From positions 16,580 to 80,579 of IMG/VR virus record IMGVR_UViG_3300020050_010116: 64,000 bases of DNA. The stretch is one strand, 5' to 3'. Positions 10,027 through 19,200 of this stretch are shown in pieces (within the stretch, counting starts at the first letter, position 1; the number at the start of each line of letters is the position of its first letter). The notes below the pieces were generated by a model, which did not search any database, was not told where the DNA came from, and saw only the letters and a list, made by a program, of their open reading frames with translations. Made by a program: the position numbers and the translations under genes. The stretch comes from a virus. Its lineage: Duplodnaviria > Caudoviricetes.

Positions 10027-10495
10027 ACTGAGTGATTTTCTATTTACAGATAAGGATTGTAGTCCGATAAAAAGACCGTTAGTCCTCCGTATGTACACAA
10101 GGGATTCTAAGTATAATATTGTTAAATGTCCTTACTGCACATCTGAAGGTTACTCTTCAGCTGCGTTAATGTGTCCTTATTGTAAAGGTGAAGGTAGTTT
10201 ATTTAAAGATAAAATCATTGAAGGTTATATTTATAAAACAGCACTAACAAAAGAAAAACGTAATTTTGATATGCCATCTAAAGCTGGCACTAATTTTGCT
10301 GAATCTAGCTTTCTAGTTACAATTAGTAATTTAGTGCTATACCCTAAAGATAAAATACTTAAGTTAGAATTAGATGCAAACGCTAGAATTAAAGTACCAA
10401 TTAACATAGAACACACTTACAATATATATGCTACTAATAAAGCAAAAGCTTCTACAAATAAAATAGATTATAATATTTCTGTACTATGGGATTAA
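9992..10495 (+). CDS. Putative head closure/neck protein with Zn finger
   Basis: 167 aa with CPYC...CPYCKGEG; position before tail completion and sheath genes. Confidence 0.55.
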   Translation: MFQNPELNLSTELSDFLFTDKDCSPIKRPLVLRMYTRDSKYNIVKCPYCTSEGYSSAALMCPYCKGEGSLFKDKIIEGYIYKTALTKEKRNFDMPSKAGTNFAESSFLVTISNLVLYPKDKILKLELDANARIKVPINIEHTYNIYATNKAKASTNKIDYNISVLWD

Positions 10496-10499
10496 CTGT

Positions 10500-11120
10500 A
10501 TGTCTATTCCATTATTCGCAAGTTCTTCCCAACAAGAAGAACAATTAAATAATAAAAGAACTCCAGAAGAGTTTTATGAAGTACTTCACAGTTTATTTAA
10601 AGAATTAGACTTACTAGACTACGAAATTGATAATGTAAAAAGAAGCAAATTTGCTTTTACAGAAGCTTATCCTGACAACGAGTACAATCAAAACAATGTT
10701 GTTACATACCATGTCATGGACTCTGTACCGTTTGTTGCAAGTAGTTCTACAACACGTAAAGACACAACTTACCATAAAGCTGTACAAGTTAATCAGTACA
10801 CTGATAAAAATACTGGTGATGTTATAGATCTTTATGTGACAAATAAAAAACATTGTATTGAATTAAGATGCTTCTCTGTTTCAAGTAGTACTTGCAGGCA
10901 ATTAGCTAATTTAGTAGAGAGTGTGTTTAACACTCATTCAAATGTACTGAAGAAGTACATAAAAGATTTCAGATACCTCACCACAACCCAAGTAAGCTTT
11001 CTAGGTGAGTATGATAACAAACGTTTGTTTACAGTTGCAGTATTTTTTGAAATATATACAAGTGTTCATCACACTGCAAACTTAGAACAAATAAGACAAA
11101 TAACACTAAAATTTAAATAA
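10500..11120 (+). CDS. Putative tail completion/terminator protein
   Basis: 206 aa immediately upstream of sheath; IELRCFS...CRQLANLVES alpha/beta pattern typical of tail terminators. Confidence 0.55.
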   Translation: MSIPLFASSSQQEEQLNNKRTPEEFYEVLHSLFKELDLLDYEIDNVKRSKFAFTEAYPDNEYNQNNVVTYHVMDSVPFVASSSTTRKDTTYHKAVQVNQYTDKNTGDVIDLYVTNKKHCIELRCFSVSSSTCRQLANLVESVFNTHSNVLKKYIKDFRYLTTTQVSFLGEYDNKRLFTVAVFFEIYTSVHHTANLEQIRQITLKFK

Positions 11121-11131
11121 AGGAAAGAAAT

Positions 11132-13177
11132 ATGGTTAATCTTGTAGGTATCCAAACCGAAATTTTAGATGGTAACTTACGTACACAAGTTACCTTACCA
11201 GAAAACACTAGTCTGGTTATTGAACGTGCCAGTTCTGGTCCGTCAAATTCTCTGTATGTAGTTCAGGATTTTAAAATTGCTGAATCTATTTACGGAAGCC
11301 AATCCCATCTTATCCAATTAGCTAAAGATGTTCTTGCTGGTAGTAATGGTGCTACCTCTATTGCACTTTATCGTATTGGTGGTGGCCCAGCTTCAATTAA
11401 GAATATCTTCGGGGAATTCACAGAGATTTCAACAATTGCTGAAACAATTACAGCAGGTGAAGATCTATCTTTGTATATTGGTCCTCGTCCTAACGATGCA
11501 AGCAAAGCATGTGTAATTGTATATAAAGCTGGCAAAGTAGTTTACAGCAACGTGCCTAATAACATTGTTAGAGGTTTAGATGTATTAGTTGTTGATGGAT
11601 TTGATCCTGAAAACCAACCTTACCGTGTTGGTAGTGTAACAAGTCCAGTATTGTTTAGTGAAGTTGTTAACAATTTGCTTGATTCTACTATCCAAGTTGT
11701 TACTGCTACTGCAGCACAAACTCTGATTACTCTAGGTTCTCCAGTGCCTTCGACTACTGCTAATTTAGCAGTTAGTAAAACTGTAGGTGGTGTTACTACT
11801 AACTTCACTGCATATACTACGACTGTTACTGCCGGAGACTTAGTTTCAATTACACTTACTACGCCTGCTGCTGCAAACGATGTATATACTCTTAATTACA
11901 CACAACCAACTGATCCTCAGACTGTAATTGATAATGAAATTACTTACGCTTCTGGCAAGAACTCACTAAATGCAGATCTTAAAGGTCTTTATGAACTTTA
12001 TGATTCAGCTTTCGAAGATCTTGAGAATGTTCGTGCAAGTACTGTGACAATTAAAGATTTATTTAACTGCCGTAATATCGTTGCTGGTGATGATGCCAGT
12101 AAAGATCGTTTAACTTACGTACAACGTACTGAAGTAGATGAAGGTTTTACTTACGAATGGTCTGTAGATAAATTCTTGTATCAATTAGCTACTAACTCTT
12201 CTTTAACAACAACTGATCCTCTGCTGGCAGCTACTGACGGTAACGGGCAACCAGTTGTTGTTAAAGCCTACAATGAGGTTGATTTTGCTCATCGTTTAGG
12301 TATGTGGTGCTGGAAGAACTCCACAAGTTCTGACTATATTAACGGTACTATTGGAGCTGCACTGCCTAAGTCGACTACGACTGTTGCAGTTAAACGCTGG
12401 GTTGGTACACTACCAACCCATGATATTTTTGGTAATATTGTAGCTAACGGTACTGGGTTGCTTGGTAACCGCTTTATGGCTGGCACTATTGATAAAGTTC
12501 AGGGGTTTTATGCTACTGAGTCTGGATACCCAGATGGTAGTCCATTAAAAGACAGTTACGGGTCTGTTGTTGATTTAGGCAAATACTTATCAATCGCTAC
12601 GATTCCAATGTACTTAACTACTGATTTATTATCAGGACGTGTATCTCCTTTAGTAGCTCCTCGTTCGTTTGCAGGTGCGTATGCTGGTTTAATTACTACT
12701 ATTCGTCCAGGTGATAGTACTACTAACGTTGCATTTAACAACATTAGCCCGTTGTTCACTATTACTGATAGTGTTGCTAATAAACTTAGTAGCTTAGGTT
12801 ATGTTGCTTTGGTTCAAAAACCAAACAAAGGGGTTACTGTTTATTCAGGTGATTTAGCAACTAACGGTAATTCAGACTTTGACTATGTTTCTACCGCTAT
12901 TGCTGTATCATATATTGTTCGTAGAATTAATGATGCTGTTGATCCATTCCTTGGTCGTGGTATTGATTTCCCTCTAGCTGCTGCACTTCAAAATGCTGTG
13001 GACTTGGTGATCAAATCTGCAACTAGTGCTGGCGTTATCAACGGAGGTTCAGTTTCTATTGCACGTACTTCTCCACATCAAATGCAAATTAGATTAACTA
13101 TCCAGGCTAAAGAAGAGTTACGTCAAGTTGTAACAACTATCGCTCTTACGCCTGATACCACTTTTATTCAACAATAA
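11132..13177 (+). CDS. Contractile tail sheath protein
   Basis: 681 aa; N-terminal IQTEILDG, C-terminal sheath domain (YAGLITTIRPGDSTTN, LSSLGYVAL, IVRRINDAVDPFLG, EELRQVVTTIAL). Confidence 0.88.
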   Translation: MVNLVGIQTEILDGNLRTQVTLPENTSLVIERASSGPSNSLYVVQDFKIAESIYGSQSHLIQLAKDVLAGSNGATSIALYRIGGGPASIKNIFGEFTEISTIAETITAGEDLSLYIGPRPNDASKACVIVYKAGKVVYSNVPNNIVRGLDVLVVDGFDPENQPYRVGSVTSPVLFSEVVNNLLDSTIQVVTATAAQTLITLGSPVPSTTANLAVSKTVGGVTTNFTAYTTTVTAGDLVSITLTTPAAANDVYTLNYTQPTDPQTVIDNEITYASGKNSLNADLKGLYELYDSAFEDLENVRASTVTIKDLFNCRNIVAGDDASKDRLTYVQRTEVDEGFTYEWSVDKFLYQLATNSSLTTTDPLLAATDGNGQPVVVKAYNEVDFAHRLGMWCWKNSTSSDYINGTIGAALPKSTTTVAVKRWVGTLPTHDIFGNIVANGTGLLGNRFMAGTIDKVQGFYATESGYPDGSPLKDSYGSVVDLGKYLSIATIPMYLTTDLLSGRVSPLVAPRSFAGAYAGLITTIRPGDSTTNVAFNNISPLFTITDSVANKLSSLGYVALVQKPNKGVTVYSGDLATNGNSDFDYVSTAIAVSYIVRRINDAVDPFLGRGIDFPLAAALQNAVDLVIKSATSAGVINGGSVSIARTSPHQMQIRLTIQAKEELRQVVTTIALTPDTTFIQQ

Positions 13178-13191
13178 GGAGTTAGTGTAAT

Positions 13192-13893
13192 ATGACTACA
13201 AATACTGAAGTACAAGAATACACTTCTAAATCAGGGACAGAAATTCACGCTGTTTTTGATACTGTAAAATTCGGTGATCTGCATATGGTTAAATATGCAG
13301 TTCAACGTGACGTAGCTAACGTACACGTCATGGGTCGTGTCGATCCTGTTAGTTTAGCCAGAGGTAAACGTCAAACTACTGGAGCTTGTGTATTCACAAT
13401 CTTCCAAAAGGACCGTTTACTCGAAGCCATTAATAAAGGAGCCAATGACATCTTTTTAACCAATCACGAATTGGTTAACTATGGCAACCCAAGTGGTACA
13501 GACATTAACGGAAAAAAACGTGGTCAATTGTTCGCACCCGGTTCTCGTCGTTATAATACTGTCAACCCTGACTCTGTGGACGTTGTTTTAACAACTACAG
13601 GGGAAAATGCTAGTATTTTCGATATTAATACTTACGGTGGCACTACTAAGGCTGCTCTTGCTGATCAAATCCCTCCTTTTGATATCACTCTTGTTGGTAT
13701 TAGTGAGGTTGATCCAAGTGCAACTAATCGTATGATCATCCACGGTGTTCAGTTTACTAGTGATCAAGGCGGTACCTCGATTGATGACTTAGTCCTAGAG
13801 CGTCAACTGACCTTCTTAGCTCGTCGTATTAGTCCTTGGACTCCATTATCTGCTTTGGCTGTTCAATCAACAACCAACAACACTAAGGGCTAA
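13192..13893 (+). CDS. Tail tube protein
   Basis: 233 aa after sheath; tube motifs VHVMGRVDPVSLARGKR..GA, IPPFDITL, SIDDLVLERQLTFLAR. Confidence 0.85.
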   Translation: MTTNTEVQEYTSKSGTEIHAVFDTVKFGDLHMVKYAVQRDVANVHVMGRVDPVSLARGKRQTTGACVFTIFQKDRLLEAINKGANDIFLTNHELVNYGNPSGTDINGKKRGQLFAPGSRRYNTVNPDSVDVVLTTTGENASIFDINTYGGTTKAALADQIPPFDITLVGISEVDPSATNRMIIHGVQFTSDQGGTSIDDLVLERQLTFLARRISPWTPLSALAVQSTTNNTKG

Positions 13894-13914
13894 TCCGTCT
13901 AATTTAACCATTTC

Positions 13915-13944
13915 AAAGGGTGACTATTTTAGTCACCCTTTTTT
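13915..13944 (+). terminator. Rho-independent terminator after tail tube
   Basis: Perfect 11-bp stem AAAGGGTGACT/AGTCACCCTTT with following T run. Confidence 0.85.
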
Positions 13945-13963
13945 ATTAACTAAGGAAAAATAA

Positions 13964-14659
13964 ATGTCAAATATTTTTATGACTGGTGCTGCCTCTCATT
14001 ACGAATTAGAATCTGAATACGTCCCTATTCCTGGATCTTCAGTTAGTATTGTTTTGGAATTTCCTGAGATAGGTCCTTCAGGTAAGAGTGTTATTTTTCA
14101 TTTAGATGATGCTATGACTGTATCATTTTCAGTGTACCGTAGTAAGGTCAGGGTTATTCCTTTAGGAAGAAATGAAATACTAGGTTATGGATTAGGCACT
14201 AGACTTGTAGCTGGTAGTATGATAAGATCAGTATTCTCCACTGACAAACTTTCTAAATTACAGGAAGATGTTTATGCAGCTACACAAGAAGAACTGCAAG
14301 CTAGGCTTCTTGGAATAAACGGGAAGATACCGAAAGGGCTTCCAAAACAAGATACGTTAGCTTTAATGAAAGATGATCTTACCTCGTTTAACATACATAT
14401 AGTGACACAAACTGAAGATTTAGTTAAGAAAGCGGATGAATCGTATGGACCTTACTCTAGATATGAAGTTATATTAGGTTGCATTATGATGAATACAGGT
14501 CAAGTGTACAGTATTGAAGATCTTATTACAGAAAGTACTTTTTCATTTGAAGCTAAAAGTGTGAAGACCATAACGAATTTAAATAAAAATAATTATAGTG
14601 CAGGGTTCAGTTCAGGCACAAAAGTAAGATCGGTCAGCGACTTACTAGGAGGGGTATGA
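13964..14659 (+). CDS. Tube-fold paralog (baseplate tube initiator-like)
   Basis: VSFSVYRSKVRVIPLGR...GTRLVAGSM and SIEDLITESTFSFEAK parallel the tube protein motifs. Confidence 0.65.
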   Translation: MSNIFMTGAASHYELESEYVPIPGSSVSIVLEFPEIGPSGKSVIFHLDDAMTVSFSVYRSKVRVIPLGRNEILGYGLGTRLVAGSMIRSVFSTDKLSKLQEDVYAATQEELQARLLGINGKIPKGLPKQDTLALMKDDLTSFNIHIVTQTEDLVKKADESYGPYSRYEVILGCIMMNTGQVYSIEDLITESTFSFEAKSVKTITNLNKNNYSAGFSSGTKVRSVSDLLGGV

Positions 14660-15273
14660 GTAATCTTTATCAACATTATTACACATCAGCAGATGTTAAT
14701 GTGTATTTAACATCCTTAGATTATACTAGAAAATTACAATTAGATTTAGCCGTAGGTATAGGCTACAACCATCAGATTAGTGCGATGCCTGTGTATGGGT
14801 TAGGTTTTAATGAACCTGAGTTCTACTCAGTAGGGAATTCTATCGTAACAGGGCGTCTTGAAATTACTTATAAGAGTAACAAATATATTACTCTTGCATT
14901 AGAGTACTTATACGGAGATGGAGCTTACAAAATAAAGCTAGAAGAGATTGAAAAGAAACTCAATGCTAATAGAAAATCTGTCACTGACGAAGAACTTCAA
15001 TTTTACGAACAATTTAAGAAGACTCGTAAGACTGAAAGAGGGCCTGACGAATCCCTCGCAAGTTACACAGACCTTGTAAACTTAGTACTTATATTTGATA
15101 ATACTAATTCATTTAAAACAGACACACCTACTGTTACTACAATAACTGGCGTGAGATTTATGGGATTTTCGCAAGGAATTTCTTCTTCAGCAGAAAATAC
15201 CATAACAGATCAATATTCTTTTTATGGAAAGAATATTACAAACACTAATACTTTCTCATTTGAGACGAATTAA
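14656..15273 (+). CDS. Second tube-fold paralog (baseplate tube initiator-like)
   Basis: MPVYGLGFNEPEFYSVGNSIVTGRL and ITDQYSFYGKNI parallel tube motifs. Confidence 0.65.
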   Translation: MSNLYQHYYTSADVNVYLTSLDYTRKLQLDLAVGIGYNHQISAMPVYGLGFNEPEFYSVGNSIVTGRLEITYKSNKYITLALEYLYGDGAYKIKLEEIEKKLNANRKSVTDEELQFYEQFKKTRKTERGPDESLASYTDLVNLVLIFDNTNSFKTDTPTVTTITGVRFMGFSQGISSSAENTITDQYSFYGKNITNTNTFSFETN

Positions 15274-15301
15274 TTTTAACTAACTGAGTAATATAAATAA
15301 A

Positions 15302-15757
15302 ATGCAAATAAAATTTAATGAACAAGAAACCCAAACTCAACAAACTAGTTTAGAAGAAGAATTAGAACTTGACGAAGAGTATCAATTTATTTTAAATATG
15401 CACCAAACACTTTCTTTAGTTGATCCTATAAGCTGCCCTTCAGTAGCAGTTATTGAGAGTTGGAAGCAAAAATATAAGAACATCTACATATCTACTGTTG
15501 TAGAACCAAATAAGTACTTTGTGTGGCGAGCTATTCGCAGAGGTGAGTACAAGAAACTCGAAGGAGAGGGTGCGTTTGAGAAACAAAGCACCATGCATGA
15601 AGTCTTAGTAGAGCAATGCTTACTTTATCCTACAAGTACCCCTACTTGGAGATTAACACAACCTGCTGGAGTCGTAGATACTTTAGGTAAACAAATAGCA
15701 TATCATTCTGGATGGATCTCTGATCAAGAGGCTTTCGCAGCAATAAGAGTTATCTAA
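15302..15757 (+). CDS. Putative tail assembly chaperone
   Basis: 151 aa, acidic N-terminus, FVWRAIRRGEY and CLLYP...AGVVDTL motifs; position before tape measure. Confidence 0.6.
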   Translation: MQIKFNEQETQTQQTSLEEELELDEEYQFILNMHQTLSLVDPISCPSVAVIESWKQKYKNIYISTVVEPNKYFVWRAIRRGEYKKLEGEGAFEKQSTMHEVLVEQCLLYPTSTPTWRLTQPAGVVDTLGKQIAYHSGWISDQEAFAAIRVI

Positions 15758-15758
15758 T

Positions 15759-16274
15759 ATGTTCTTAAATTCAGGTTTGTCTTACTATAATGTAGTACTT
15801 AACAATAGAATCATATACACTGAAAAAGGTCTTCAGATAAAAAATCCAAGCTTTAAAATTAGATTATTAACTTATGCTGAGTATGCTAAGATAGATATAA
15901 TGAGGAAAGCTAATGTGTCTCCTTCAGACATCTACGAAGACATATTTACAGCTTGTTATTTAGGTATTCTAGGTTTTGAAGATGAAGTGCTAAATGCTGA
16001 AGAAACAGGATTACTTATTGATACGTTAGGTGCTCTGATATTTAAGGAGTCATCCAAGTACTTTACTAATCCTGAGTATCACTTTAATACTGCCTCAAAT
16101 GATATATCTAAATTTGATATATGGTGCGGATTTATTGCAAGAATACTGAACTTAAATTACGATGATGTTAAACAAAAACCTATTGACGAAATAATTAGAT
16201 TGTACTCCTTATCATTTATAGTCTCTGGAGGTACAATCCCACACATAGATTTAAAACCTAAACAAGGAGAGTAA
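15759..16274 (+). CDS. Putative second tail assembly chaperone
   Basis: 171 aa, paralog-like (FKIRLLTYAEY, GLLIDTLG) of the preceding gene; directly before tape measure. Confidence 0.55.
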   Translation: MFLNSGLSYYNVVLNNRIIYTEKGLQIKNPSFKIRLLTYAEYAKIDIMRKANVSPSDIYEDIFTACYLGILGFEDEVLNAEETGLLIDTLGALIFKESSKYFTNPEYHFNTASNDISKFDIWCGFIARILNLNYDDVKQKPIDEIIRLYSLSFIVSGGTIPHIDLKPKQGE

Positions 16275-16280
16275 CATATA

Positions 16281-19200
16281 ATGGATCCTAGATTAGAAGA
16301 TACAGGTAACCCTATACCAGAGTTATTAGGTGCATATGCTGGCTATAAAGTACTTAATGCTTCTAATAAAGCTAGGGAGTTGTACAACAAACTGCCTGGA
16401 ACTACAGCACTGCAGTATCAGCTTGCACGTTCTAATGTCGCCATCGACACAACAACTCAATCTCTAGACAGAGCCATCTTATCTCAAGTGATGGCTCTCG
16501 AAGAAGCATCTCCCTTACACATCCTACGTACTTTTCAAATATCTAATCTATTACAACCCTTTATAAAAATATCCGATTTTAATCAGGAAGTGCATATAAG
16601 TGGGCAGTCTATAAGAGGACAACAAGTCTTCTACGAGTCACTATTACGTGAGCAACAAAAAGAATCTAAAAGACGCGTTAATAGGTTACTACAATCTGAA
16701 GATTTAAAAAGAGGCTTAATATTTAAAAATAATAAGCTGTATGGTGTAGATAAACAAGGTAAGATTAATCTTAATGATATTGTATTACATGACGCTAGGT
16801 TAGTTACAGCCACTCAAAGGAATGGAGGAGTTGTATCCCAGAACCATGTACTTAGAAAATACGCAGAGGGTTTAAAAGCACCCCTTAACTTAAAAAATGC
16901 TATAAATGATCCGTTAATGGTGGTTGGCTCGTATCAGAATAATCTAGGCAAGCAACTCAATGCGTACTTGAAATTAGGTATGGAGATGGGTTATAAAACT
17001 CTCGACAACCCTATACAAGGTTTTGAAGATATTGTTTCTGGATTGGGAGGCGATCTTTCTGGATTAACTCGCACAAGTTTCTGGCAAAAAGCTAAATCAC
17101 TTGCTAATATTAGACTAGGTACGGGAGGGGTCTATGATTTAGATCATTTGCAAAGTTTAAAACTTATGACTAAGAATCTTGTAACTAAGAGTGCTGGGGC
17201 ATACATTGGATATCAGGGTCTTGACTCCTTATCTCGTTGGCTAGCTCCTGCAGGTTCTGATTTTGATAGTGGTTTATTTGCAGGTTTAGGTGGTATGTAT
17301 GCAGATTTTAGGATAGGTTTTGCTAAAGTATGGTCCGACCGTTTCCAAGGATATAAAGAAAGACAAGAACAATCAGCACCCGGTTCTACAGATTTACTTA
17401 CGTTAATGGGTTTTCCTCTAGGTGGTGCTTTAGTAGGCGCTCAGTACTCTTACTTTAGCCGTATAGGTAAGACTTTTAAAGATGGAGCCCCAGCAGCAGC
17501 AGATAAATACTCAGCTGAGAATACATCCAAGCTGCTGCAAAGAGTTGCTGGTATTGATAGTCCAATGACTTTAATGAAACGTAATTCTCTTATTGGGGCT
17601 GCAATTGGCGGTGCTCTTACTTTACCATTCTTGCCTGGAGCTTTAATTGGAGCTTCTTCTAAAGAATTAGAGGAAAGATACTCAGGTAAGAAAGACACAG
17701 AGATTAGGGCAAACCGTTGGTGGTTATTTGGTGGTAACTCTATTCAAGGAGACCATGTAAAGTACTCACAAAAGAATTGGTTTCAATTAGCTAAAAGCGA
17801 AGGTAAAACAAAAGCAATTTACGGAGACGATGAGACCAAAAAATCCCTTAATCCTTTATTACATCCTTTCTCTTATTTAAGAGACCCTTATAAGTTTGAA
17901 AAGCTAACAAATGATTCAATGCCTTATCCAGTATGGGGTATGGAGATTGGTTATGGTTCTTTCGTAGGTAAAATCTTTGAAAGAACTATAGGTCAGGTTA
18001 TAAAACCTGATGTACTTAATCCAGAAATAGCGCAAGCAAAAAAAGAACATGAAGCTCGTGTTAATAAACTTAAAAATACAAATGATATTTTTGGGTTATC
18101 TATAGACAAAGAGATAATCTCGTTTAGAAATAAAAATCTAGGTGCAAGTTACACTCCTTCGACTGAAGATTCTTTTGGAGAAAAGACTACAAGATTATTT
18201 GAGTACGGAGAGTATAACCCTGCTTTAAGAAATATTGTTAATCAAGTGGCTGGTCTTAAGAATACAGATAACACTAAAGTTATTGATTTGTCAAAGTACG
18301 ATATAAACGTTGAAGACGCTGATACAATAGAGTTAAAAAGAAAAGGTCTATTTGGATTTCTAGATAAGAAAGTGCAGGTTCGTCTTGCCGGTGTTGATGC
18401 ACCGGAGACTTCTGACCATGCTGCAGGAAGTTCACCTAAAGACGTATTTCATCAAGCTCAGGAGTACAATAAAGAAGCCACACAAACGCTTAAAGACATG
18501 CTAGCAAGGCAATCTGAGTTAAAATTGATTGTTAATACAAAAGATCAAACTTATGGTCGCCAACTAGGTGTTATTGTTGGTGATAATAATTCAAATATCA
18601 ATATGGAACTTCTAAGACAAGGTGCTGTTACAGCGTTACCTTGGGATGGGGGCGACATTGTTAGTAAATCTGATTTAATGGCGGCGCAGAAAGAAGCTCA
18701 AAGAAATAACAAAGGACTTTGGCAAGGAAAGCGTTATAAAGCTGAGCAGTTATTCGGAGAATTAACAGGTGAGGTTCAAACCCACAACACTTTTACTAGT
18801 CTTCAAAGACTCTCTGAAAATCCTGTGTTAGGTTCTTTAGCTACGTATTTAAAAAACATAGAAGGGCAAAAAGGGGGCTTAACTCAAGAACAAGTACAAG
18901 ATATCACTATGTTAGCTAACACATTTCTTAATTTTAAAGAAGGGACTTCAGAACAAAAACAAAGAAGTAGAGATCTAGGTCTAGAAGTTAGAAAGAACCC
19001 TACAGACGGAAGCACCTCAGCTATAAATACTAACTTAAGCTTTACACCTAATGTTCTGCCTTCTCTGGGTTACGGGAATACAGGTGTAAAGCCAGTACTA
19101 CCTGCACCTAGCTTTGATCCGATAACTCAAGGAAGTGAATTAGCATACCAAAGCCTCACAGATTTTGTTGGTATTAAAGGTTGGGCTTTCAGTATGGCTG

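Noticed and set aside
15730-15770. Lambda G/GT-type -1 programmed frameshift between the tail chaperone genes
   Set aside because: No X XXY YYZ slippery heptamer near the end of 15302..15757; the second gene has its own ATG and is in the +1 relation
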